Below are positions 9,647 through 19,516 of a stretch of 64,000 nt of DNA, piece by piece. The notes beneath the pieces are model-generated. The model had not been told where the DNA came from, searched no databases, and worked only from the letters and a program-made list of their open reading frames with translations. Position 1 is the first letter of the stretch. Each line of letters begins with the position of its first letter. The stretch is from a virus (lineage: Duplodnaviria > Heunggongvirae > Uroviricota > Caudoviricetes), in IMG/VR virus record IMGVR_UViG_3300014043_000277. One strand, given 5' to 3'. A program made the translations under genes and the position numbers.

Positions 9647-12388
9647 TCAGGATAGGATGTTCCCATCAGTCAAACCGAACCATGCCCGTGAATCATTCAC
9701 AGCCTGCATTGCATCCGGTGAATCCAATGCTTTCAGCGCGGCGTCCCTCGCAGCGTTAATCCATCGTCCATTCGCAATGAGATCCGCGAACATGAAATCA
9801 CTGGAACCGGATTGCGATTCCCCGAACAGGGTTCCTGCGCCACGGTTCTTCAAATCCTTCTGAGATAGTTTCCAACCATCTAATGTTTCAGTGAGCGCCT
9901 CCATTCTGTTCTGCGCATCCTGAGTGAACGCCATGCTGACAAGATAACATGTTGATGGCAGATTACCTCGTCCGATACGCCCGCGAATCTGATGCAATGA
10001 CGCGATGCCGAACCTGTTAGCATCCAATACGATCATCCGGGTCGCTTGTTCACAGGACACTCCGACCTCAACGACACTGGATGCAACCAATACCTGAATT
10101 TCGCCTTTGCGGAACCTGTCAATCATTTCGGCTTGTTCGTCTTTCGGCTGTGAACCATACACTAAACCGATTTTCACGCCAGTGAGAATGCCTTTCACTG
10201 TATCATAAGTCGTTTTAACGCTTGCCGCCGCGAGTTTCTCCGATTCCTCAACCATGGGACAGATAATGAAAGTACCATGACCTATGTTCGCCTCACCTTG
10301 AATGTCATGCCAGATTTCATTATATTTATCCTCCAGCAGATCCTTGCCTTTCATTTTCACCCATTCAGTGCCAATCGGAAGCCTTCCCGCTGGCAGTTCA
10401 TCCAAATGCATGTAGGCAATGTTCCCATAGAACACCTGCGCGATGGAACGCGGAATCGGCGTAGCGGTCTGCATGAGCATGTCAGGCACTTTACCATCAT
10501 CACGGACTTTCAACAGTCGTGAACGCTGCTCGGCTCCGAATTTATGCTGTTCGTCAATTCCGACGAAACACAGATCATGCCATTTTATATCATCGTTCAA
10601 CACGGAATGCGTACCGAACACAACATTCGCATCACCTGATTCCATTGCTTTCAAATTAGCGCGTTTCAAACCGGCGGCGGATGGTTTCTTTCCCTGCTTG
10701 CCGTTCCTCTCCCATTCATCAATGAGTTTCAAGGATTGATCCTTATAGGATGAATGCAGAATAGGATGAATACGTGATTGCATTGCCATTGGCATGTGAG
10801 CAATGATGTCAATGAACACATCATATAATTGCCTTGCGAGAATTTCAGTCGGAGCACAAATAACCGCCTGTTTCCCTGCTTCCACTGCTTTCAAAGCAGC
10901 CATGTGAATCACAGTCGTTTTACCGCTTCCGACATCACCGACAAGCAACGCATGCATTGGTTCCGGTGAACGCATCCTATTATCAATGTCCCTGATGACA
11001 CGAGCCTGCGCGCCAGTCAAATCATATTTCAAACAATCAACATACGCTCCAGTCAGTTCCCCTGTCGTGCGCATGCTGATTCCCTCAACTGGTTTCTCAC
11101 CACGCCGGTCATTCTCAATTATCGTCATCATTTGAACAAGCTCGCAGAAGGACAGCGAATCATCCGCTTTCCTTAAATCATCCATTGAACGCGGCGCATG
11201 CATTGTTTTCAACGCTTCACCATAAGACATGCGGCCATCCATGGGAATCCGGTTCCCGTTCTCATCATCCAGTTCCGCGTTCATGAAAGCATCCTCCAGC
11301 CATTTCGGTCCACGGAAATCACCGAGTCTGTCAACGAGTTCACGTTCACATGCCGTTATCATCCATGAGTTCACACCAATGGCACCTGATTGCCTGTACA
11401 CTGGAATCACCGGCATTGAATCAACATCCGCGAAATCAATCTGAGGATGCTGCATTTGAGGTTTAACATCACCATATTTCGTATAATAAGGCTTATACAC
11501 GCCATTGATTATCACATCATCACCCGGATGGTAAATCCTTGTTAAATACTTAGCATTGAAAAACGAACAATCAATCGTGCGCCCGTCCCTGTCCTCAACT
11601 GTCACCAGAATGAGCTTATCGGAATGCGCGGCTGCACCAACTGATAATACCCTACCGATTATCGTGGCGCGTTCACCATCAATCAAATCACGGATGTCAA
11701 CAGGTTCGCTGCGATCAATATAACGTAAAGGCGGACGGACAATGAGATCATGCAGGTTCCTATAACCCATTTTATGCATTTTCTCCAGCATGGTTCCTTT
11801 TTTCTCACGCATGTTCCATGGTTGAGCATCCAAACGAACATAATCCAACGCATCAAGATCAACATGGCGCAATGATTCATCGGAACCATCATACGGTGCC
11901 GGGATCGGCGCATGAACCATCGCGAGAACATCATCATTCGCTTTAATTTTGAATGCATCCGGCAACATTGAATTCAATGATAGGAAATCACGGATACGAG
12001 CAGGCGGAATGCTCACCTGCATGTTCGCACGGAAGGACGCGCCGCTTTTCCTGCACAGGGAATCCCACATTGGAGTATGAGGAATCATTCCAATTACCTT
12101 ACCATCCTTCAAGCCAATCATCGGATGAGGAAGTTTCACGCGATTCCCCGCAATGACTTGCTTAGCATCATCATTGAAATCAACCGGATAACCATCATGA
12201 TGAATAAGATACAATTGCTGCATCAGACCAGTCATGCTTATAGGATTCGGCTGGAATGAACACATGAAACCATGCTTCGCCGTTTCATGCCTGTAACCGG
12301 GAATCTCATCCATATCATATTTCCCGAACACATTAACATTGGATGACACGATGACGCGCTCACCATCAAATGACACTTTCAAACTCAT
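9647..12388 (-). CDS. recG: ATP-dependent DNA helicase RecG, long form with an N-terminal extension
   Basis: Contains Walker A GDVGSGKT, DEQH plus FG..QR, the RecG/Mfd signature TATPIPRS, and an OB wedge region (ATIIGRVLSV...ILVTVEDRDGRTIDCSFFNAKYL). 913 aa. Confidence 0.75.
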   Translation of the reverse strand: MSLKVSFDGERVIVSSNVNVFGKYDMDEIPGYRHETAKHGFMCSFQPNPISMTGLMQQLYLIHHDGYPVDFNDDAKQVIAGNRVKLPHPMIGLKDGKVIGMIPHTPMWDSLCRKSGASFRANMQVSIPPARIRDFLSLNSMLPDAFKIKANDDVLAMVHAPIPAPYDGSDESLRHVDLDALDYVRLDAQPWNMREKKGTMLEKMHKMGYRNLHDLIVRPPLRYIDRSEPVDIRDLIDGERATIIGRVLSVGAAAHSDKLILVTVEDRDGRTIDCSFFNAKYLTRIYHPGDDVIINGVYKPYYTKYGDVKPQMQHPQIDFADVDSMPVIPVYRQSGAIGVNSWMITACERELVDRLGDFRGPKWLEDAFMNAELDDENGNRIPMDGRMSYGEALKTMHAPRSMDDLRKADDSLSFCELVQMMTIIENDRRGEKPVEGISMRTTGELTGAYVDCLKYDLTGAQARVIRDIDNRMRSPEPMHALLVGDVGSGKTTVIHMAALKAVEAGKQAVICAPTEILARQLYDVFIDIIAHMPMAMQSRIHPILHSSYKDQSLKLIDEWERNGKQGKKPSAAGLKRANLKAMESGDANVVFGTHSVLNDDIKWHDLCFVGIDEQHKFGAEQRSRLLKVRDDGKVPDMLMQTATPIPRSIAQVFYGNIAYMHLDELPAGRLPIGTEWVKMKGKDLLEDKYNEIWHDIQGEANIGHGTFIICPMVEESEKLAAASVKTTYDTVKGILTGVKIGLVYGSQPKDEQAEMIDRFRKGEIQVLVASSVVEVGVSCEQATRMIVLDANRFGIASLHQIRGRIGRGNLPSTCYLVSMAFTQDAQNRMEALTETLDGWKLSQKDLKNRGAGTLFGESQSGSSDFMFADLIANGRWINAARDAALKALDSPDAMQAVNDSRAWFGLTDGNILS

Positions 12389-12507
12389 ACATACAATGAT
12401 ACCATAATGCCGTCATGATAAGGAACCTGAACGCATGAAAACCAGCAATCATGAGCATTGAATCCATTCTAATGCAATCAGAGCAGCTTCGCGATTTTTT
12501 TTGCGTT

Positions 12508-12655
12508 GATGAAAATCCGTGAAAATCGATGGCGTCCACAGAGCCGAATATTACGGGCGCTGTGGACGCCTGATTAAATCAGAATCGAGGAAAACCTGGT
12601 TTTCGATGTGGGGTCATGAAACGATTAAAATTTCCGTCAGAATCGAAATGCGATG
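12508..12655. repeat. Intergenic repeat family 2, copy A, about 150 bp
   Basis: Homologous to 41203-41352. Shared blocks are atgaaaatccgYgaa, gYcgtccacagagc, ggaaaacc(c)tgtttt and cgtcagaatcgaa. Confidence 0.6.
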
Positions 12656-12811
12656 TTGCGCAGACACGATGAATAATGCGATTCTGAATTGAAATCAGCG
12701 TCATTCGCATCATCCATAATGATTACAATTTGCATCCAAAAAAAATAAGAGCGAACCGGAAAATGAATGCATTTTTCTGGTTCGCTCAACAAATATTTTC
12801 GATTCCTGCAA

Positions 12812-14107
12812 TCACATGCTTGCGGCTGTTATCAATGTAATCAGATTATACGTAACATGAACAAGCGCACCAGGCCAAATGGATTTGAATTTCACACAGG
12901 ACAACCAGCTCAGGAACGCCCCGAACATACTCATGAACACGAACAGGAATATGCTTTTCGCCACGCCATCCTGTCCTGTAACATGCCCGATACCGAACCA
13001 TAATCCTGCAAGCATGCATACAATGAGAACCTGCCACCATGAACGAGAGCCATCCTTCAAACGCATGAACCTGCTTTCAACGAGTGAACGCGCAATGAAA
13101 CCACGATAAACCATTTCCTCCAGAACCGGACTGATAGTCAATGAAAACAGCATTGTGAACAATGTGATTCCATTGAAACCAATCGCGCCGACATCCGCGC
13201 GAGGATCATTATCACCCGTCAACGCGGTTTCCGTTGACCGGCTCATACCGGTAACATCCACGCCAATCGCATACAAACCATTCACCATTGCAAGATGAAC
13301 CATCCATACAACCATTCCGCCGAACACGCCGATGATGATGATCCACAGCCAGCTCATCGCGGTGTTCTTCTGATGCATGTCCCTGTTCAAGGATTCAGGT
13401 TTCAAACTTGCATGATAGCCCCCGTTCAATTTCACGATATCCCTGACCGCAGGTGAGAACATGACAACAGCAATTCCCAGTAATGCGACTGGAATTCCCA
13501 GATAAGTATTATAGAAATGCGATGCAGGTTCATTGGCATCAGCGAATGACAACCCACTGAACAGCATGTAACCGAGCAGTAATCCATAACTTATCATGAT
13601 TGTGAAAAAACCCGTTATAATTTTCAAAAACACCGGTGTCAGGACAAACGCGAGTTTCCTATCCCTGTCATCCTTGTTCTTGTTCGAATCGGATGCCCAT
13701 CTCCGGTATTTATCAGGCAGTTCACTCTTCCATAATTGGAATCTCACATATAATGCCAGCATTGATTTATCATCAGACGGACAGGCACCCGATAACGCAT
13801 CATCAGTCTCATTGCCTTCAATGCTTCCATTATCAGCATCAGTTTGCTTATCAACATCATCAACAGGTGAAACCCCAGCATTATCATTAATACTGTCATC
13901 CGTCGCAGCATCGGATGCATCATCAGCGCCGATTGCATTCGTTGGCGTAAGGGCGTCCGCAATCCCGGCATCGGAACCAGTGACCGGTATTGCATTCATG
14001 CTCTCATTGGAATCATCATAATCGCTCATATCATGAGAATATCCATGGGTTCGTGTTGAAACCACGCCGGAACAACAGTTCAACACGCGAACCAGTGTCA
14101 TTATCAC
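12812..14107 (-). CDS. CPBP family (CAAX/Abi) intramembrane metalloprotease with a long N-terminal region
   Basis: The C-terminal domain carries EEMVYRG, FGIGH and HVTYN, the three conserved CPBP motifs. The annotated start overlaps the upstream ORF by 76 nt, so the real start is probably an internal Met. Confidence 0.6.
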   Translation of the reverse strand: MIMTLVRVLNCCSGVVSTRTHGYSHDMSDYDDSNESMNAIPVTGSDAGIADALTPTNAIGADDASDAATDDSINDNAGVSPVDDVDKQTDADNGSIEGNETDDALSGACPSDDKSMLALYVRFQLWKSELPDKYRRWASDSNKNKDDRDRKLAFVLTPVFLKIITGFFTIMISYGLLLGYMLFSGLSFADANEPASHFYNTYLGIPVALLGIAVVMFSPAVRDIVKLNGGYHASLKPESLNRDMHQKNTAMSWLWIIIIGVFGGMVVWMVHLAMVNGLYAIGVDVTGMSRSTETALTGDNDPRADVGAIGFNGITLFTMLFSLTISPVLEEMVYRGFIARSLVESRFMRLKDGSRSWWQVLIVCMLAGLWFGIGHVTGQDGVAKSIFLFVFMSMFGAFLSWLSCVKFKSIWPGALVHVTYNLITLITAASM

Positions 14108-15599
14108 GTTGCGTCATGCAACCAGATGCAATCATGAAATCAAACCATGCATCCGGCAATAAAGTCAAAATCGTTCCAACCGCTATCTTACGACCATACG
14201 CGGCGGCGACAGGACGGGACAAATCAGCTATCCGTGTTTTCTCCTCACGTGTAATCTTCCCCTGACGGACAAGCACATTCAAACCTTGTTTAATCATGCT
14301 TACAATGTCCTCAATGCATCGTTTCAACGTGGAACGGCTGATATCCAATCGTTCCGCGATGATGCACAGACTGCCATTGCTGAACCTGCCGCCTGCTTTC
14401 AAATGCTTCAACGCGTTACCGCCGCCAGCCGAAAGATAAGCCATGACTTTATCACGATTCAACGCCCTTGCTCGCTTGCTTGCCTGTGTACCACGGTTAA
14501 GATTCGCTTTCCTGCTTGCATTCTGCTCATCAGTGTTCGCATTCCCGCCCTTACGTCCGAGCGCACGCAGGGTTTCACGAGCGGAATCATGAATAATCCT
14601 GCTTGCGGTGAATGGCTTCTTACGCGCGGATGAATCCTTACGAACAGGAATGGCTTTCTTTGCTTCCTTCTTAGCGGATTTCACAATGCTTTTGATTTCT
14701 TTATCCGGTAATGCCGGAACGCAGCGCACGGCTCTTGCCGCCGCATCCGGATCATTGCCATTCCTTGCAGCCCTGATAGCGGCAGCGAACGCAGCATTAT
14801 TCCTGTTGCCCTCCATGACAACACCAGACGCGAACGCATAACCATACTTCTGCGCATTTGTATAATAATGACTACTGTCATATTCCATGACATGATTAAC
14901 AAGATTCCATGAATGCCTCGTAGCGGAACCATCATTGAAAGAACCCGTCTTATCAAGGAAATCAGCGATTTCACGCAATGAATATTCAGGAACATCCTCA
15001 TTGAGCTTATAACCACCGCCATCAATTGTCTCCACAACGCAATCAGATGGCATCATGACACGAATATTGCTCTTATTGCAATAAAAAGGATTCCTGTATC
15101 TTAATCTCCTGAAATTGGAATCCGCATGCAGGATTGAACGCATGCTTTCATAGCACCTGTCAAGAAGGAACATCTGCGCGGCGCAGACACCGAACTGATT
15201 AACCGGGAACGGGGAATAACGCCAGAAAGCCTGCGCATGCCCGTTCTTATCATTCACAATATAGAATGACGGCAACGGAATCAAACCATCATTAACCGCA
15301 AACGCAAGGATGGTTTCAGAATTCTTATCATCCATGTCAATCACAAGCAAACCATTATTCCAACTGGAACCATCGCATTCCATGTACATGAACGATGGAA
15401 TGTCAGTCGGAGAGATTCTGTCCACGGTGAGTGAAAATCCCTTCTTACCTTTACTGACGCCAGTCATGGCATTGATATGATCAAATAGAACATGATTATC
15501 GGACGGTAATCCCGCTGAAATGACAGGCACATACATCGCATCAGCGTAATCATAATCGCAACTCATGGTTAAATTAATCCTTTCTGTCCCCATGAACAT
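14031..15599 (-). CDS. Replication-initiator-like protein: AEP primase-polymerase (Replicase-family) N-domain, basic linker and C-terminal HTH
   Basis: LLVIDMDD fits the hhhDhD motif I of the AEP fold. NGHAQAFW fits an sxH-like motif II. The basic K/R-rich linker is followed by an HTH (GSLCIIAERLDISRSTLKRCIEDIV). An AT-rich region and tandem repeats lie immediately upstream. Confidence 0.4.
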   Translation of the reverse strand: MFMGTERINLTMSCDYDYADAMYVPVISAGLPSDNHVLFDHINAMTGVSKGKKGFSLTVDRISPTDIPSFMYMECDGSSWNNGLLVIDMDDKNSETILAFAVNDGLIPLPSFYIVNDKNGHAQAFWRYSPFPVNQFGVCAAQMFLLDRCYESMRSILHADSNFRRLRYRNPFYCNKSNIRVMMPSDCVVETIDGGGYKLNEDVPEYSLREIADFLDKTGSFNDGSATRHSWNLVNHVMEYDSSHYYTNAQKYGYAFASGVVMEGNRNNAAFAAAIRAARNGNDPDAAARAVRCVPALPDKEIKSIVKSAKKEAKKAIPVRKDSSARKKPFTASRIIHDSARETLRALGRKGGNANTDEQNASRKANLNRGTQASKRARALNRDKVMAYLSAGGGNALKHLKAGGRFSNGSLCIIAERLDISRSTLKRCIEDIVSMIKQGLNVLVRQGKITREEKTRIADLSRPVAAAYGRKIAVGTILTLLPDAWFDFMIASGCMTQRDNDTGSRVELLFRRGFNTNPWIFS

Positions 15600-15927
15600 T
15601 CCACTGGACTCATGTTATCCATGAGAACAGGCAACCGGACGGCACGGAATGCTAAAATATTATGAAAACCGATGAAACACGAGTGATTGATTATTAACCA
15701 AAATTGATAAAATGCAGGCATGTCAACAAAACAGGAATTATGCTGATATTCACAATACTTTCACAATTATGAGCAGTTTAAACATGAATGCAAATGGTAA
15801 TAACATTGATTACATATGAAAACCACTTAGACAAAAATAGAATGATGAATAGAGCGGTTTTTGCTTTGCGACATATGCATGAGAGAATGAACATTGGTTA
15901 AAATAAAAATATAGCCATCATGATTTC

Positions 15928-16262
15928 AAAAAATAATGGTGCCGCCGTCAGTGGTAGCTCATGAACAATGCTTGGTTTTCAAAAAATAATGGTGCCGCCG
16001 TCAGTGGTAGCTCATGAACAATGCTTGGTTTTCAAAAAATGAATCGCCGCCGTCACCGGTCGCTCATGTCAACACTGCTCCCATCCCTGCGGGACACGAG
16101 AACAGGCGCACTCCACGCAGGAGCACAGTGCCACGAGGGCAAGACCGCATGTGAGCACGGTGAGGAAGAGACGATGCGATACAGCTGCGGACGGCAGGCG
16201 TGCTGGTTACTAAAACTCACAGGGGTACTCCCTGCTTGCTTTCAGGTGAACCAGGTCAAAAT
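15928..16262. repeat. Left arm of an imperfect inverted repeat of about 330 bp, partner at 20990-21262
   Basis: The outer iteron block and the inner block aaactcacaggggtactccctgcttgctttcaggtgaaccaggtcaaaata reappear as reverse complement at 20998-21048 and 21203-21262. The GC-rich core of about 140 bp is diverged between the two arms. Confidence 0.7.
15933..16075. repeat. Tandem direct repeat of about 54 bp, iteron-like; two full copies and one degenerate copy
   Basis: ttcaaaaaataatggtgccgccgtcagtggtagctcatgaacaatgcttggttt occurs twice in tandem (15933-15986, 15987-16040). A diverged third copy (gaatcgccgccgtcaccggtcgctcatg) follows. Confidence 0.7.
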
Positions 16263-17219
16263 AAGTCTTCAATAGACACGATTATCAGTATATTAATAGT
16301 TGATATAATGTATGAAATATGTGAATACATTACACTTGGCCGCTTTCAGGTGAACCGCACTTCGGACAAAATCCTGAAAACAATGTTTGCAGGAACGCGA
16401 TAATGTGATATTGTTGATGACAACAGGAACGGAACAAGTATCATCCGATTCCGACATAACAGAAAACAAACCATCCAGTTTACACATGATTAAGTTCATG
16501 TCCACACGGAAAGGAAAACACAGCATGACAGCTGCATGCACATTGACAACAAAGAACAACATTGATGACATTGACATCACGGAAAACCTGATTCTGAAAT
16601 CGGATTCATACAAGTATTCCCACTGGTTGCAGTATCCCACGGGATTGACTTATATGTTCGATTATCTTGAATCACGCGGAACAAACCATAACATTGATAA
16701 GCATGTCATGGATGAAACCCGCTTTTTCGGATTACAATACTATGTTAAAAAGTATCTTTCTCGACCAATCACAATGGGAATGATTAATCAGGCAGAGGAA
16801 ATCATCGCCGGGCAGGGATTGCCTTTCAGCAGGGAAGGATGGGAATTGATTCTGAACGAACACAATGGTTTCATTCCAATCCGCATCCGCGCCGCCAAGG
16901 AAGGCGCATTGATCCCGGCGCATAATGTGTTGATGACCATTGAATCCACTGATGACAGGATTCCATGGATTGTCGGATGGGCGGAAACACTGCTCATGAA
17001 AGTATGGTATCCGACTACTGTTGCGACATTATCATATTCAATTCATGAACTCATTAAGAAATATTTGGATTTTACCAGATTGTTGTGGGAATGCCCCTGC
17101 TTTTTAAGTATGAGGGTTAAAAAGCATAACCTGCTTGCAATTAATAGCATAATTAATATAATCAACCAGCATGATTGATAATGTGATATCATTGAGAACA
17201 ACACCGGGAAGGAGGAAAC

Positions 17220-18590
17220 GTGATGACACCAGAGGAACGCGAGCTGAAGAACAAGCACATTAGCGAGAGCATTAAAGCTACTCGTGAGAAGCGCAAGAAT
17301 CAGCGTGCGATGGTGTTCATCATGAAAATCAACAAGGGTAAACTCACTCATCAGCAGCGGAAACTGCTTAACCGCGTGTTCCTTGAGGCGAAATGGCTCA
17401 GGAATGATATCATTAGCAGTCAGGATGTACTCAAGTATAACCCAGCAATCAGGAAGGTTAAGGTAATCATCCCGGAACCCGCGAAGCAGCGTGACCCGAA
17501 ACTACATGATAGGACTGAGCACCTGATTGCACTCGGTAGTCAAGTCAAACAGGGCGTTCTCAAGCAAGTGAAGGATGACATACGCGGTTTGCATGCTGTT
17601 AGGGTGAAGGGCGGTAAGGTTGGCTCACTGAAATTCACCAGTGAGGTGAACTCAATTAACCTACCGCAGTATGGTATCACGTGGCGGGTTAAGGGAAACT
17701 CTAATAAGATTAAAATACAGGGAATCCCCGGTTACTTGTATGTTAAGAACCTGCAACATGAACTCTTTAACACGCAGTATGATTATAATCTCGCGAACGC
17801 GAAATTATTGCGTCGTTCGGATGGTTATTATATTGCCATAACGGCTTACCTGAGTAATGATGATTATAAGAATAGGAGAATTAATCATGATAGGAAGGTA
17901 ATGAGGAAGGAACCAGCATCGGATACTTACATTGGTATTGATGCTGGTTTGCAGCATCAGTTCATTATGAGCACGAATGGTGAGCCTGTTTACAAGGACG
18001 CATACCGGAGTGAATCGAAGCGGTCTAAACGCGCGAGAGCGCACCAGAAAATGAAGAAGCACGGCTCGAAACGGTATGATAAGTGTAAGCGGGTTATTCG
18101 GCAGGATGGTGAACGCAGGCAAGCATGGAAGAGAATAACAGCGCATCAGTTCGTCCTATGGTTATTAAGCATGTTTGAAACTATTTGTATTCAGGATGAG
18201 CATTTTCAATCATGGTTCAGAGTGAATGGTTGTAAGATGAGCGATGGTATCCTCGGTCGGGTTTACGCTGAATTACGTGGGCTTGCTGGTGAGTCATCGC
18301 CGCGTGTGCTCATGTGTGATGAGTGGCAACCCACGACACAGTATTGCCCGTTCTGCGGGCATTGTACTAAGCATAAACTATCAGAGCGCGTGTTCCATTG
18401 CGCGTATTGCGGTTTTGAAATGGATCGGGATACTCATGCGGCATTGAACATGATTATCCTCGCGCTGGAACCATTGCCTGCTTACTGGTGGCGATTATCT
18501 GAGTTTAAACCACTGGACTCAGTTAAAAGGATTAATAGTGGTTTAACCGTGCGTGAGAGCGCGGTTATTAATCACGCTGGTCTGCATTAA
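17220..18590 (+). CDS. tnpB: TnpB (OrfB), the IS200/IS605-family RNA-guided endonuclease
   Basis: 456 aa. The C-terminal zinc finger CPFCGHCTKHKLSERVFHCAYCGFEMDRDTHAALNM sits next to a RuvC-III region, and the basic HTH-like N-terminus is typical of TnpB. A strong AGGAGG lies 7 nt upstream of GTG-ATG. Confidence 0.8.
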   Translation: MMTPEERELKNKHISESIKATREKRKNQRAMVFIMKINKGKLTHQQRKLLNRVFLEAKWLRNDIISSQDVLKYNPAIRKVKVIIPEPAKQRDPKLHDRTEHLIALGSQVKQGVLKQVKDDIRGLHAVRVKGGKVGSLKFTSEVNSINLPQYGITWRVKGNSNKIKIQGIPGYLYVKNLQHELFNTQYDYNLANAKLLRRSDGYYIAITAYLSNDDYKNRRINHDRKVMRKEPASDTYIGIDAGLQHQFIMSTNGEPVYKDAYRSESKRSKRARAHQKMKKHGSKRYDKCKRVIRQDGERRQAWKRITAHQFVLWLLSMFETICIQDEHFQSWFRVNGCKMSDGILGRVYAELRGLAGESSPRVLMCDEWQPTTQYCPFCGHCTKHKLSERVFHCAYCGFEMDRDTHAALNMIILALEPLPAYWWRLSEFKPLDSVKRINSGLTVRESAVINHAGLH

Positions 18591-18760
18591 ATTGCAGGGA
18601 ATGTGAGCCGATTGGTTACACTGTTTGATACTCTCGTGTCTGATGGTGATTACTGTCCAATCGCGTTTCCCGGCCAGTGAACCCACAGTGTTAACACTTG
18701 TTAATTCTGAGCATTATGCTGAAGCCCCGTGCTTCAGCGCTGGGGTATCTCACAGCGGAT
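18591..18760 (+). ncRNA. Candidate TnpB omega-RNA (right-end element RNA) scaffold
   Basis: Placed by analogy: omega RNAs derive from the 3' end of tnpB and the right end of the element. This region holds stable hairpins including gctgaagc-cccgt-gcttcagc. The extent is not determined. Confidence 0.3.
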
Positions 18761-19448
18761 GATCGAGGTAAGCTACCGTTCATGTTGCAGGATTTCGGTT
18801 ATCGTGGCGTATCCAGTGATGAATCAGCCGGTATTGGCGGAATGGCTCATTTGACTAATTTCAAGGGAACGGATACCGTCGCCGCCGCCGCTTACGCGCG
18901 TAAATACTATCATGCGGACATTGCCGGTGTCAGCATTCCCGCATCCGAGCATTCCACCATAACATCCTGGGGTGCCGGGCGTGAGAGATGGACAGGAAGC
19001 ATTTGAAAACATGATTAACCGGTTCGGGGATTATGCGAATTATGCTTGCGTGTCCGATTCATGGAATTATGATCGCGCATTGCGCACATGGATTTCATTG
19101 AAACCATTGATTGAACGGCATGATGGCATTCTTGTCGTGCGTCCTGATTCCGGTGATAATGTCAGGAATGTGCTTGTAGCATTACACGCATATTGGATGA
19201 GGGATTCGGAAGCACTGTGAACAGCAAGGGCTACAAGGTTCTGAATCATGTCGCCGTCATTCAAGGTGATGGTTGTGATTATGATAGCATTGAACGCATT
19301 CTGCAAGCGACAATGGATGCTGGTTATTCCGTGCAGAATCTTGCATTCGGAATGGGTGGCGCGCTGTTGCAGGGTGGTGATCATTCATCCGTGAACCGCG
19401 ACACACATAAATCTTTCAAGGACGTCATCTAAGAGACAACATCAAGCC

Positions 19449-19488
19449 AAGAAAAAGACCGAGTGATTCATCACTCGGTCTTTTTCTT
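19449..19488. terminator. Bidirectional intrinsic terminator after the nadV remnant
   Basis: aagaaaaagaccgagtga-ttca-tcactcggtctttttctt forms a perfect 18-bp stem flanked by an A-run and a T-run. Confidence 0.7.
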
Positions 19489-19516
19489 ATCCTCAGACAT
19501 ATTACGATGTCGATAC

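Larger units (their letters stand above)
17070..18760 (+). mobile_element. IS200/IS605-family element carrying only tnpB, inserted within nadV; no tnpA
   Basis: The nadV reading frame is interrupted between about 17070 and about 18760. The interval carries one tnpB ORF and subterminal hairpins at both ends, for example gctgaagccccgtgcttcagc at 18718-18745. The boundaries are approximate. Confidence 0.6.
16525..19432 (+). pseudogene. nadV: Nicotinamide phosphoribosyltransferase (NadV/NAMPT), disrupted by an IS insertion and at least two frameshifts
   Basis: The N-terminal fragment (NLILKSDSYKYSHWLQYP ... WIVGWAETLLMKVWYPTTVATLSY) runs to about 17070. The C-terminal part resumes at about 18760 with LQDFGYRGVSSDESAGIGGMAHLTNFKGTDT...AAEHSTITSWG. 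It then shifts frame twice (18698..19006, 18972..19220, 19193..19432), with motifs RPDSGDN, NSKGYKVL, VIQGDGCD and AFGMGGALLQ. Confidence 0.7.

Noticed and set aside
15933-16075. The tandem 54-bp repeats read as a CRISPR array
   Set aside because: There are only two to three copies and they directly abut with no unique spacers between them. The unit is too long and no cas genes are nearby.
16021-16275. The 84-aa Cys/Arg-rich ORF in the left GC-rich core and its 66-aa counterpart at 21052..21252, read as real small proteins
   Set aside because: They were kept only as a possibility inside the inverted-repeat finding. There is no RBS evidence and the cores may equally be structured RNA. They are not called as CDS.
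17043-17351. Minus-strand ORF overlapping the tnpB start and the IS left end
   Set aside because: It lies antisense to the nadV and tnpB coding sequence and has no RBS, so it is likely spurious.
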